64,000 nucleotides of DNA from positions 64,001-128,000 of the forward strand of contig JBMFRC010000008.1 in the NCBI GenBank assembly GCA_049968235.1, given 5' to 3'. The notes below the pieces were generated by a model that worked only from the letters and a program-made list of their open reading frames with translations, was not told the DNA's origin and did no database searches. This DNA comes from Candidatus Hydrogenedens sp. Lineage in GTDB: Bacteria > Hydrogenedentota > Hydrogenedentia > Hydrogenedentales > Hydrogenedentaceae. This document shows, piece after piece, positions 1 through 9,709 of this stretch. The position numbers were made by a program, and so were the translations under genes. How positions within the stretch are numbered: the first letter of the stretch is position 1; each line of letters opens with the position of its first letter.

Positions 1-1151
1 ACGATGATAATGATGGCGGTTATACAAATATGTATCTTGCAAGTTTATCACTTCAATACGCAGTTACAAAAGATGAAAAAGTCCAACAACGAGCGAAACA
101 TATCTTTCAAGCCATTTTATTTCTGGAAGAAGTAACAGGATTGCCCGGTTTCATTGCAAGAACAGTAGTCCCTGCGGATTGGACACAGGTGAACGACCCC
201 AATGAAGAAATAACCCCTCAACAAAAATCGCTGATGCGAGTATTAGACCCACGATATAAACCTGTTGAAACTCGCTGGCGCAAGTCCCATGATGGGAAAT
301 GGTTATGGAAAGGTGATACAAGTAGCGATGAGATTACTGCTCATTTCTTCGGCTGGGCAATTTATTATGATTTGTGTGCAGATGATGAAGATAAACAAAT
401 ATTAAAATCTCTCGTCTCTCGTGTGATGGATAAAATCATTGCAGATGGTTTTGTACTTAAAGATATCGACGGGACACATACACGCTGGGGTGTATGGTCT
501 CCTGAACTGCTCAAACATGACCCTCATTGGTCAAACGAAAGAGGAGTAAATGCCTTAGAAATTTTATCTTATTTAAAAGCCTCATACCACATTACAGGTA
601 ATGAAAAATATCAAAAGGAATATGAACATTTGTTGATAGATGAAGATTATGCTTCTCTCGCAAAAAAAGCAAAAAATTATGGTCCTTCATCACGGACTCA
701 TATAGATGACGAATTGTTAGCATTTTCCTATCCCGCTTTGTTCCGATATGAAAAAGATGAACAAGTATTAAAGATATACCGCGACAGTATTCAGCATTGG
801 TATAAAGGTATAGAAAACGAACATTGTCCATTGTTCAATTTTATTTATACGTGGTGTACGGGTAATAGTTCAAACATGGAAATGTCCGTAAAAACATTAA
901 GGGAAATTCCCTATGACCTTATTAATTGGACGATAGATAACAGGTCCCGAGAAGACATTCGTCTGGTTCGTGAACCTATTCTGGAAGTAATACAGACATC
1001 ACGACTTCTCCCCCCGGGGGAAACTGCTGTAATCCGCTGGGATAAGAATCGCTGGGAAGCCATTCAGGGAGATGGGGGAAGAACAGAAAGGGCACCTACT
1101 TTTTATCTATTTCCTTACTGGTTGGGAAAATATTTAGGGCTAATTGAGTGA
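1..1151 (+). CDS. Conserved hypothetical protein, 5'-truncated by the window edge; paralog of the gene at 44227..45566
   Basis: The frame is open from position 3 (first ATG at 30) and ends at TGA 1149-1151. The protein aligns along its length with the 44227 product (e.g. WKGDTSSDEITAHFFGWAIYYDL vs WRGDVSSDQVDGVMFGFSWAYETV; C-terminal FYLFPYWLGKYLG vs DYLLGYWLGRHYD). No family was recognised. Confidence 0.5.
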   Translation, partial: DDNDGGYTNMYLASLSLQYAVTKDEKVQQRAKHIFQAILFLEEVTGLPGFIARTVVPADWTQVNDPNEEITPQQKSLMRVLDPRYKPVETRWRKSHDGKWLWKGDTSSDEITAHFFGWAIYYDLCADDEDKQILKSLVSRVMDKIIADGFVLKDIDGTHTRWGVWSPELLKHDPHWSNERGVNALEILSYLKASYHITGNEKYQKEYEHLLIDEDYASLAKKAKNYGPSSRTHIDDELLAFSYPALFRYEKDEQVLKIYRDSIQHWYKGIENEHCPLFNFIYTWCTGNSSNMEMSVKTLREIPYDLINWTIDNRSREDIRLVREPILEVIQTSRLLPPGETAVIRWDKNRWEAIQGDGGRTERAPTFYLFPYWLGKYLGLIE

Positions 1152-1322
1152 ATATTTCTATACATAGGTTCGTATCAATTAGTATCTTTCTATTAGATTC
1201 CTGAGAAATAGTTTTCTCATTTATCATGCAAGTTTTAATACTCTCTTTGCTTTTATTTAGAATACAAACATATCCTTGTTCTCTTTCCTATTATTTAGAT
1301 ATTATTTCAAAGGTGTTACTAC

Positions 1323-2009
1323 ATGATAGATTTTTATAATTGGGATTTTATCTGGCAATTAGTTGGCATTACAGGTGCCGTCATTTTTTTTGGACGATTT
1401 TATATACAGTGGATATGGTCCGAAAAATTGGGACGTAGTGTTATCCCCATCATATTCTGGTATATGAGTTCTGTGGGTTCTATCCTACTTTTGGGATATG
1501 GGGTATATATTCTTTCACCTGTGGGTGTAGTCAGTTACGGCTTCAATCTACTGGTATATGCCCGCAATTTAATTCATATCTGGCGAAAACAAAATAAACT
1601 TACCCCTTTCCGTTATTATTTTATACATGGGCTTGTCCTCCTTGCTTTTATTGTATCCACAGTTGTTGTTTGTTATGTTTTCTATCAGAAATTTTTCAAT
1701 GTCCGTGAAATGGCAAAAACCCATGCAGTCCGTTATAGTTTATGGATTTTTCTCGGATTAATAGGGCAGATACTCTTTGCTTTTCGCTTCTTAATTCAAT
1801 GGATAGCAACAGAAGTAAAAAAACAAAGTTTCATCCCATCAATATTCTGGTACCTTAGCCTTTTGGCTTCATTCTTGCAAATTATTTCCTATTCATTTCA
1901 AAAAGAGTGGCTATATGCCATCGGACTATTTACAACCCTTTTCATATACTTCCGAAATATATGGCTACTCAAAAAAGGCGAAAAACTTTCCCCCACTAAC
2001 GGAGAATAA
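1323..2009 (+). CDS. Polytopic membrane protein with two tandem lipid-A-disaccharide synthase N-terminal-like (LAB_N) repeats
   Basis: Internal duplication: FFGRFYIQWIWSEK...IPIIFWYMS...LLVYARNL versus FAFRFLIQWIATEV...IPSIFWYLS...LFIYFRNI. The R-x-x-x-QW and IFWY pattern matches what I recall of the LAB_N domain. Confidence 0.5.
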   Translation: MIDFYNWDFIWQLVGITGAVIFFGRFYIQWIWSEKLGRSVIPIIFWYMSSVGSILLLGYGVYILSPVGVVSYGFNLLVYARNLIHIWRKQNKLTPFRYYFIHGLVLLAFIVSTVVVCYVFYQKFFNVREMAKTHAVRYSLWIFLGLIGQILFAFRFLIQWIATEVKKQSFIPSIFWYLSLLASFLQIISYSFQKEWLYAIGLFTTLFIYFRNIWLLKKGEKLSPTNGE

Positions 2010-2312
2010 AAACATATTCCTTTATACTATTAAAACATTGAAAAAAAATAAATACTTACTACATAATGAACTAAAAGGAAAACTACTCAAAAATGATACA
2101 GAAAAATAGGATATTAAAATAACAGAGAGGCATAATTTTGATGTTTTGATATTTTATATAAAGGTATTTTAAAAAGTGTGATAGAATACATTTTGAATCC
2201 CCTATTGTTCAGATAGATAAACATAAATTGGACAAATTTGAGAAGGGATTCCATTATAAAAACATAAAAATTTAATTTTATTAATTTCTGAATAATTCCC
2301 CCAAAAAAAGAA

Positions 2313-2388
2313 TGGTGGAGTCGAGGAGGATCGAACTCCCGACCTCATGACTGCCAGTCATGCGCTCTCCCAACTGAGCTACGACCCC
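2313..2388 (-). tRNA. tRNA-Ala (anticodon GGC)
   Basis: Reverse complement reads GGGGTCGTAGCTCAGTTGGGAGAGCGCATGACTGGCAGTCATGAGGTCGGGAGTTCGATCCTCCTCGACTCCACCA. The cloverleaf is complete, with D-loop AGCTCAGTTGGGAGAGC, a 5-bp anticodon stem CATGA/TCATG, loop CTGGCAG (anticodon GGC), T-loop TTCGATC and encoded CCA. The G3:U70 pair is the alanine identity element. Confidence 0.85.
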
Positions 2389-2473
2389 ACATATATTGTT
2401 ATTATAAACCAAATTACCTGTTATTGTAAAACAGAAAAATGAATTAGAATTCCATAATCTATTAGAATTATAG

Positions 2474-3895
2474 ATGGTTTTCTCAAAATTGAAGGGATTA
2501 GTTCACATGAATAAATATTTTTTGAAAATGCAAAGCATCGCTTCCATTATTTTTTCACTGTTCCTGATATGTTTTGTTTCCCTCTTTTCCTACGCACAGT
2601 CAGGTAAAAAAGATGATGCTACAGTTACCCTGAGACCACCATATTTATTAGACGAACAAGGACGAATTACTATTTACCATGGAATTACCGTTTCCAATTC
2701 CGCAAAAAGTGCAGAGGATTTTCTCCCATGGCAAAAAAAAGAGGACTTCGCAAGATTAAAAGATTGGGGATTTAATCTGGTACGATATTTAATTTTTTGG
2801 GAGGCTATAGAACCCGTTTCAGGTCAATACAATGATAAATATATGCGGAATACTTTAGAACGATTAAAGTGGTTAGAGGAATTGGGAATTGATGTTCTGC
2901 TATGTGTTCATCAAGACCTATTTCATCGTCGATTTGGAGGTAGTGGTTTTCCAGACTGGGCTGTACATGATGGAGGTTATTCTGTTACTCCTGTCTCGCC
3001 TCCTTATAAAAATTATTTTACAAAACCAGTAATGAGTTGTTTCGATTATTTCTGGCGGAGTGATTTATTAAAAAATAGTTATGTAGATATGCTTAAATAT
3101 GTCCTTTCCAATGTAGATAAACTTCCTAATTTGATAGGACTTGAAGTATTCGATGAACCCTGGCCTCATATAGGTCCCGGATTTGAAGCAACCATACTTT
3201 CAGATTTCTATCAGCGTATCGAGAAAATGAAAATAGCCAATAACTTTAAAACTACACTTTACTTCCAACCCATGTTAATTTCAAGTGTAGTTATTCCCAC
3301 AGGATTGCAATTTCAACCTACGGGGTTTGCTGTATACGCTGTTCGCTATTTTGACCCCTTTTATGAAAATGAAAACAGTACATACGGAAAAACAAATAAC
3401 TGGATTATGTCAACTACCATTTCTCAAAGAGTTCGTGAATCCCGCCGATGGGGAATTCCTATGTTGATAACCGATTTCGGTGTAGCATTGAATCCTGCTG
3501 AAACAATGCGGTTTTTAGATGATTGGTTCTTACTTATGGACCAGTACCATTTAGGTTGGGTATATAATTCTTATGACCGTGATACAATAAACCCTTATGG
3601 TATATTAGATAGTGAGGGAAATTCGAAGCCCGTATTAAGCAAATTAATTCAGACATATCCTCAAAAAATTGCAGGGAAAAACCCTACATGGTATACAAAG
3701 GGAAATATTTTCAAACTTAGTTATGAACCTGATGGAAATGTTGCTCCAACAGTTATTTTTATTCCCCGAAGTGATGTAGCAAGACAGGTTGTTGTAAATA
3801 CAAAGCCTTATCCTTATGACCCATTTAAAGATTTGCGTTTTGAATATAAAGCCAGTCCAAATGAAAAAACTGTAAATATTGTTGTCCAATGGTAG
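2474..3895 (+). CDS. Secreted glycoside hydrolase family 5 (cellulase/endoglycoceramidase-like)
   Basis: An N-terminal signal peptide is present (start may instead be the ATG at 2507, MNKYFLK...). GH5-like blocks are GFNLVRYLIFWEAIEP, and LIGLEVFDEPW with the catalytic Glu in an NEP-like context. Confidence 0.65.
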   Translation: MVFSKLKGLVHMNKYFLKMQSIASIIFSLFLICFVSLFSYAQSGKKDDATVTLRPPYLLDEQGRITIYHGITVSNSAKSAEDFLPWQKKEDFARLKDWGFNLVRYLIFWEAIEPVSGQYNDKYMRNTLERLKWLEELGIDVLLCVHQDLFHRRFGGSGFPDWAVHDGGYSVTPVSPPYKNYFTKPVMSCFDYFWRSDLLKNSYVDMLKYVLSNVDKLPNLIGLEVFDEPWPHIGPGFEATILSDFYQRIEKMKIANNFKTTLYFQPMLISSVVIPTGLQFQPTGFAVYAVRYFDPFYENENSTYGKTNNWIMSTTISQRVRESRRWGIPMLITDFGVALNPAETMRFLDDWFLLMDQYHLGWVYNSYDRDTINPYGILDSEGNSKPVLSKLIQTYPQKIAGKNPTWYTKGNIFKLSYEPDGNVAPTVIFIPRSDVARQVVVNTKPYPYDPFKDLRFEYKASPNEKTVNIVVQW

Positions 3896-3919
3896 ATACA
3901 GGAAAATTTATTTATAACT

Positions 3920-5347
3920 GTGTTTAACTGCAAATTACAGGATTATTTTCAAGAATATTCGTCATATCCTCTATTTCAAACCTGTGAAGGTGTTATTCGT
4001 TTTAGAGAGATATGGAAAAAGTCTGATAAATTTATTAAATATTTATCAAAACTGGAAGGAAAACGAATAGGTCTTATATCCGCAACTTCTCCAGATGCTT
4101 TAATACTTATATGTGCTTCAGTTAGATTAAACACCCAGATTGTTTTATTCTCTCCTTTTGACCCACCCTCATTGATTAATAGGTATATACAAGAAACTCA
4201 AATATCAATTCTTTTTTGTGAGGATAATTGCATTTATAAATATTCAGAATTTCCTATTCCTGTTGTATCTTATCAAAAAATTGAGGCTGTGGAACAGTTC
4301 AACATACCCAATATCTCAAACAGCCTTGCAATAGAAGAAAGTATATTCATCATAATGACCTCAGGGAGTTCTACTTCCCCCAAAAAAGTCGTTTTGACAT
4401 TAAGTAACTTATTACAAAATGCTCATTATAGCAATAGAAATTTAACCTTTCACTATGGAAATACCTGGCTTGCCTCTCTACCTTTGTTTCATGTTTCAGG
4501 CTTGTCCATTTTATTTCGTTCAATAGAAAGTGGAGGTAGTATCTATATTCCCTCCGGGAACACCCGTTGGTGGGAAACAGATTTACCACCCGAAGTAACA
4601 CATATTTCTGTAGTCAGCACAATTTTGAAAAGATTACTGGATAAGGAGAATTATTTTTCCGAGAAAAGTATAAAAGGGATATTGTTGGGCGGAGGACCTA
4701 TACCCCATGGGATAGTTCGTAAATGTTATGAAATGTCTCTGCCTCTATATACAACTTATGGCTTATCGGAAATGTCTTCCCAGGTAACAACAACAAGCAC
4801 CCATGATTCTTTATCTCATTTATTAACCTGTGGAAAACCTCTTATCCCCGATACAGTAAAAGTAGATAACGATGGGAATATTTTTGTCCGCGGTCCTTGC
4901 AGGTTTCTGGGATATCTACAAGGGAATACTATTGAACAACCCTTTGATGATGAAGGTTGGTTTGCTACTCAGGATATAGGAAAATGGACTTCAGATGGCT
5001 ATCTTCAAGTTTTGGGAAGGAAGGATAATATTTTTACATGTGGAGGAGAAAACATCCAACCGGAAGAAATTGAAAATCAAATTATGTCCAGTGGTTATGT
5101 TAACAAAGTTGTTATCGTTCCTATGAAGGATGAGGAATATGGATATATTCCTATTGCCTTTGTTGAATTCACTTACAACAAAAAGGAATCCGACCTAAAA
5201 AGATATTTAAAACAACAAATATCCAGCATAAAAATACCTAAATATTACTTTCCTTTTCCTGAAGAATTCGAAGGGAAAGGAATAAAAGTATCCCGAAAAA
5301 AATTAATGGAATGGGTGTGTAATAATATAAAACAAACTGGAATATAA
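3920..5347 (+). CDS. AMP-dependent synthetase/ligase (acyl-CoA synthetase, MenE-like size)
   Basis: AMP-binding motif IIMTSGSSTSPKKV (TSGSTGxPK-like), TYGLSEMS (YGxTE), GWFATQDIG (GWxxTGD), and a C-terminal conserved Lys region. Confidence 0.75.
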   Translation: MFNCKLQDYFQEYSSYPLFQTCEGVIRFREIWKKSDKFIKYLSKLEGKRIGLISATSPDALILICASVRLNTQIVLFSPFDPPSLINRYIQETQISILFCEDNCIYKYSEFPIPVVSYQKIEAVEQFNIPNISNSLAIEESIFIIMTSGSSTSPKKVVLTLSNLLQNAHYSNRNLTFHYGNTWLASLPLFHVSGLSILFRSIESGGSIYIPSGNTRWWETDLPPEVTHISVVSTILKRLLDKENYFSEKSIKGILLGGGPIPHGIVRKCYEMSLPLYTTYGLSEMSSQVTTTSTHDSLSHLLTCGKPLIPDTVKVDNDGNIFVRGPCRFLGYLQGNTIEQPFDDEGWFATQDIGKWTSDGYLQVLGRKDNIFTCGGENIQPEEIENQIMSSGYVNKVVIVPMKDEEYGYIPIAFVEFTYNKKESDLKRYLKQQISSIKIPKYYFPFPEEFEGKGIKVSRKKLMEWVCNNIKQTGI

Positions 5348-5348
5348 C

Positions 5349-6989
5349 ATGAAATTATTCAAGAAAACTGCTATCTTCTCCGCCTTTCTTGTTCTACTTC
5401 TCTCCTGCAATATTTTTTCTACAAAACGCTCTATAGAAATTCCTATGAGCGATGGGGTAAAACTCAAAGCAGAATTATGGCTTCCTAACTATACAGGCGA
5501 TTTTCCTGTTCTATTAGAACGGACTCCTTATAATCGTAAACAAATAATAAAAATGCATCAACATCTTGTTGATACAGGTTATGCAGTTTTGGTTCAAAAT
5601 CTACGCGGGACAGTAGGGTCTGAGGGGGAATGGGAAGTTTTTGGTAGTGATAGTTGGGGCGGTCCTGGTAAACAGGATGGAATAGATACAATCGAATGGA
5701 TAAAAAAACAAAAATGGTGCAATGGCAAAATTGGTCTAATAGGTTTTTCTGCCTCTGCCATATCTGCCCAATTATTATTAGCCTCCCGTCCCGAAGGAGT
5801 ACAGTGTGCATATCTGGTAGCCGGTTCTGATAACTTCTATGAAACAGTATTCCCGAACGGCTGTTATCGTAAAAATACAATAGAAGAATGGGGACCAGCA
5901 AAAGAATATCTACCGGAAATTATAAAACATCCCTCGTATGATGAATTCTGGGAACAACGCAATGCTCGTAAGCATGCAGAACGGGTCTATGTCCCTGTAT
6001 ATATCGTTGGAGGTTGGTTTGATTTATTTCAACGTAGTTCCACAGAATTTTTTAGATTACTACATACAAATACAACCTCTTCAACATTTGGAAAATGTAA
6101 ACTGGTTATGCTTCCTTTAGCCCATTCCGCAAATCCCGGAGAACTTGTTCTCGAAGACCGTAATAAAACAAACCTTGATGAGAAAGTGGGTAGTATGCAA
6201 GAATGGTTCAATTACTGGCTTAAAGGCATAGACAACGGTTTATATAAAAAATCTGCAATAGGAATGTTTATTATCGGCGACAACCAAAATCCCGGTGAAA
6301 TAGGAAACACATACCAATTTTATGATAATTTACCCTGGAGTTCTAATCCTGTTAAAATGTTTCTAATTTCAGGAGGAAATCTCTCCTTTACTGAACCCAG
6401 CGAAGAGGAACGTTTTTCTTCCTATACCTATGACCCACTTGACCCAACCCCATCAAAAGGGGGAAACAATCTTCTTCCACCCTCAGGTCCTTATGACCAG
6501 CGTGAAATTGAACAAAGAAATGATTTACTTTTATTCACTTCTCCACCCTTAAAAAAACATCTAACCTTAATAGGCCCCATAAAGGTAGTTTTATATGCTT
6601 CTACCAATGTAACAGATACCGATTTTGGAGCACGTTTTTGTGATGTCTATCCCGATGGCAGGTCCATGTTAATAAATGAAGGAATGGTTAAAACTCGCTA
6701 TAGGGAAAGTATTAGTCAGGAGAAATTAATTGAGCCGGGAAAAATTTATGAATACGAAATTGACCTATGGGACACGGCACTAGTTCTTGCTCCTGAACAC
6801 CGTATACGAATAACAATTATTTCTGCAAGTAATCCACGGTATGAGCCCAACCCGAACACAGGAGAACCTTTCCGTCAGCATACACAAACACGAAAAGCCA
6901 CCAACCAGATTTATCATGATAAATCACATTCTTCCTATATCCTTTTACCTTGCATTGATACCCATGATATATTACATGACTTATTTTAA
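5349..6989 (+). CDS. CocE/NonD family hydrolase (X-Pro dipeptidyl-peptidase S15-like), secreted
   Basis: Signal peptide, then LLERTPYNRK, the nucleophile elbow GLIGFSASA, and a long C-terminal beta-sandwich-like region typical of CocE/NonD. Confidence 0.7.
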   Translation: MKLFKKTAIFSAFLVLLLSCNIFSTKRSIEIPMSDGVKLKAELWLPNYTGDFPVLLERTPYNRKQIIKMHQHLVDTGYAVLVQNLRGTVGSEGEWEVFGSDSWGGPGKQDGIDTIEWIKKQKWCNGKIGLIGFSASAISAQLLLASRPEGVQCAYLVAGSDNFYETVFPNGCYRKNTIEEWGPAKEYLPEIIKHPSYDEFWEQRNARKHAERVYVPVYIVGGWFDLFQRSSTEFFRLLHTNTTSSTFGKCKLVMLPLAHSANPGELVLEDRNKTNLDEKVGSMQEWFNYWLKGIDNGLYKKSAIGMFIIGDNQNPGEIGNTYQFYDNLPWSSNPVKMFLISGGNLSFTEPSEEERFSSYTYDPLDPTPSKGGNNLLPPSGPYDQREIEQRNDLLLFTSPPLKKHLTLIGPIKVVLYASTNVTDTDFGARFCDVYPDGRSMLINEGMVKTRYRESISQEKLIEPGKIYEYEIDLWDTALVLAPEHRIRITIISASNPRYEPNPNTGEPFRQHTQTRKATNQIYHDKSHSSYILLPCIDTHDILHDLF

Positions 6990-7086
6990 TTTTTACTCTA
7001 ACAATTAGATATGTCGGGCAAAAATCAATTAATATAGTTAGCACAATGAAAATTAAATCTGAAATATATTTTTTGGAGAGAAAAAT

Positions 7087-9213
7087 ATGAAAAAGAATAT
7101 TTTTTGTTTATTGAGTTTTCTATCTTTGTTTCTTCTTATCTATTTTGCAGAGGGCACTGCATTAACAATATATGTTACCCCCGGCGAAGGAAAACATGGA
7201 AACGGAACAAAATTATCTCCATTTACTTCTTTATTACAGGTTAAAGACTATATACGAAACATAAAGCAAACGAAAGGACTCCCTGATGGAGGTATCGAAG
7301 TTATAATCAAAGAAGGAGAATATAAATTAAACGATACACTGGTTTTTACAAAAGAAGATAGTGGAACACCGACATCTCCCATCACTTATCGCGGAGAAGA
7401 AACTGCATATGTCGTTTTTAACGGAGGTATTCGATTAGAAGGATTCAAAAAGGTAACAGACGAACCCGGGTCTGAACGGCTTCGTGCAGATGTAAAGGAT
7501 AAAATCTATGTTATAGATTTAAGAAAGTATGGAATAAAAGAATTACCTCCTTTAGAATTGGCAGGTTTCGGGAGTGCAAAAGTTCGAGCAAAGGATAGAA
7601 GTTATAACAATTACAACACTTACCCCTGCCCTGAATTGTTTTTCAACAAACTCCCCATGACCTTATCCCGCTTTCCCAATGAAGGTTTTCTGAAAGTATC
7701 GGCTGTTCAGGGCGAGAAAGTAGAACCAGAAAATCCAAATGCTTATATTATGAAAAATGTCCGGTTGAAATTAGAGGGGTGTCCTTTATCAGAATGGGCA
7801 AATGAAACCAATATTTTACTTTATGGGTATTGGTATTATGATTGGGCGGATTCATATGAAACAGTCGTTTCCGTTGATAAAGAAAATGGCGAGGTACAAT
7901 TAGCAAGTCCAGGTTCGGCATATGGTTATCGAGAAGGAGCCCGATATTATGCCATTAATCTATTATGTGAGTTAGACCAACCCGGGGAATGGTACATGGA
8001 TAGGGAACATCTTTTCCTGTATTTTTATCCGCCTGCTTCTCTGGATGGTGCAATTGTAGAATTATCTTTATTTGATAAACCTATGGTTATATTTGATAAA
8101 ACAGAATACGTTTCTTTTGAACGAATTCATTTCCGCTTAGGTGCGAGCAATCTGGTACAGATATTTGATGGGGAAGCAATCCAGATATTAGGTTGTAGTT
8201 TTCGAGAATCAGCAGGTTACGGTTTAACCGTTAATATGGGCAAGAATCATCGGGTTCAGTCCTGCGATTTTCATTTTTTAGGAAAAGGGGGAATATATAT
8301 GAATGGTGGAGACCGCAAGACACTAACACCCAGCGGATTTAATGTTGATAATTGCTATTTTTCAAATATAGCACGTATTGACCATACTTACAACCCCGCA
8401 GTATACATGAATGGTGTAGGGCATAAAATCTCTCATAATTTAGTTCATCACATACCCAGTAGCGCCTTCAGAACAGATGTAAATGATTCTATTATTGAAT
8501 TTAACGAAGTATTTAATGTTCTATTAGAGTCCGATGACCAGGGCGGAGCAGATATGTGGGGAAATCCAACTTATCGAGGATTGATATTCCGTTATAATTA
8601 TTGGCACCATATCGGAAGTTGGCGAGAAGGGGCAGAACAACCCGGATGCGGTCAAGCAGGTATTCGATTAGATGATGCCATAAGCGGAGTTCATATTTAT
8701 GGAAATATTTTCTATCATAGTTCAGCAGGTAATTTCGGAGGTGTTCAGCTACATGGAGGCAAAGATAATATTATTGAAAACTGTATTTTTGCCCATTGCC
8801 GAACCGGAATCAGTTGTACCCCCTGGACACAGGACCGCTGGATTAGTTTTGTAAAAGATTTCCTTGATAATCCTGCAATAGATAAAGAATTATATCTAAA
8901 CCGTTACCCTGACTTAAAAAACCTTTTGGATAACAATAATAAAAATATCGCACAAAAAAATATATTCTGGAATTGTGGTCAATCTATTTTAAGAAAACCT
9001 TCTAATTTTATATCCGAAAATAACTTAGAAACAAAAGACCCCCAAATGTTCATCAAAATAGAACACGGAGATTTCACAACAAATTCAGAAATTTTAAAAA
9101 CTCTAAATTTTGAATTTGTTCCTATTCCATTTGAAAAAATTGGACTTTATATCGACCAATACCGTAAAGAATTACCCATGGATATTATTCAGTCAGGAAG
9201 GGCACAAAAATAA
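7087..9213 (+). CDS. Secreted right-handed parallel beta-helix repeat protein (pectate-lyase fold-like)
   Basis: Signal peptide followed by repetitive G/N-rich beta-helix-like repeats (GNIFYHSSAGNFGGVQLHGGKDNIIENCIF). The family call is by composition only. Confidence 0.45.
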   Translation: MKKNIFCLLSFLSLFLLIYFAEGTALTIYVTPGEGKHGNGTKLSPFTSLLQVKDYIRNIKQTKGLPDGGIEVIIKEGEYKLNDTLVFTKEDSGTPTSPITYRGEETAYVVFNGGIRLEGFKKVTDEPGSERLRADVKDKIYVIDLRKYGIKELPPLELAGFGSAKVRAKDRSYNNYNTYPCPELFFNKLPMTLSRFPNEGFLKVSAVQGEKVEPENPNAYIMKNVRLKLEGCPLSEWANETNILLYGYWYYDWADSYETVVSVDKENGEVQLASPGSAYGYREGARYYAINLLCELDQPGEWYMDREHLFLYFYPPASLDGAIVELSLFDKPMVIFDKTEYVSFERIHFRLGASNLVQIFDGEAIQILGCSFRESAGYGLTVNMGKNHRVQSCDFHFLGKGGIYMNGGDRKTLTPSGFNVDNCYFSNIARIDHTYNPAVYMNGVGHKISHNLVHHIPSSAFRTDVNDSIIEFNEVFNVLLESDDQGGADMWGNPTYRGLIFRYNYWHHIGSWREGAEQPGCGQAGIRLDDAISGVHIYGNIFYHSSAGNFGGVQLHGGKDNIIENCIFAHCRTGISCTPWTQDRWISFVKDFLDNPAIDKELYLNRYPDLKNLLDNNNKNIAQKNIFWNCGQSILRKPSNFISENNLETKDPQMFIKIEHGDFTTNSEILKTLNFEFVPIPFEKIGLYIDQYRKELPMDIIQSGRAQK

Positions 9214-9433
9214 GAACATACAATATATAGTAGTGCAACATTATATTTATCCTATTTCAAGTATATTCTCTTAAAATTTGATATCCAATCCTTAAAAAGA
9301 AAGTTTAAAAATCGGGGTGAATTATTTTTTTTAATCATAAAACATCTAATAATTGATTTTATAGTATTTTACCTATAATTAACAGAACTTATTTATGTTA
9401 TGGCAAAAAAAATAAATTTTTTTAAAATTTTTC

Positions 9434-9460
9434 TAAAGTTTTTTCTAAAGTTGCCGATAA
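9434..9460 (+). promoter_or_regulatory. Sigma-28 (FliA)-type promoter for the flagellin array
   Basis: TAAAGTTT (9434-9441), an 11-nt spacer, then GCCGATAA (9453-9460). This matches the enteric sigma-28 consensus TAAAGTTT-N11-GCCGATAA exactly, about 250 nt upstream of the first flagellin ATG. Confidence 0.7.
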
Positions 9461-9709
9461 AATAGATGTAAAGTGGTAAAGTAAACAGTTTAATATTGAA
9501 AACAAAAGGGTGTCCGAAGGCATCGAAAGGAGGTGACCCGGTAAATGTCAGTTCGGACCATATGTAGTAATAAAAGTTGAATATAAATGCATAGGTATGT
9601 TGTAGGGACGCAACATAAAACCGAAGCATATTCGTTGTTTTGATTAAGGGACAATCAAAACAACACAAGGCAAGGACGCAACAAACATTAACTCATGGAG
9701 GAATTTGTT

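Noticed and set aside
2010-2473. Possible integrated element at the isolated tRNA-Ala gene (tRNAs are common integration sites).
   Set aside because: No integrase, no direct repeat of the tRNA 3' end and no foreign-looking genes flank it. The gap is simply AT-rich intergenic DNA.
9393-9668. A 91-aa minus-strand ORF inside the flagellin leader region.
   Set aside because: It overlaps the sigma-28 promoter and leader, is Phe/Ile/Lys-rich from AT-rich DNA, and has no start context. The region is better explained as the promoter and 5' UTR.
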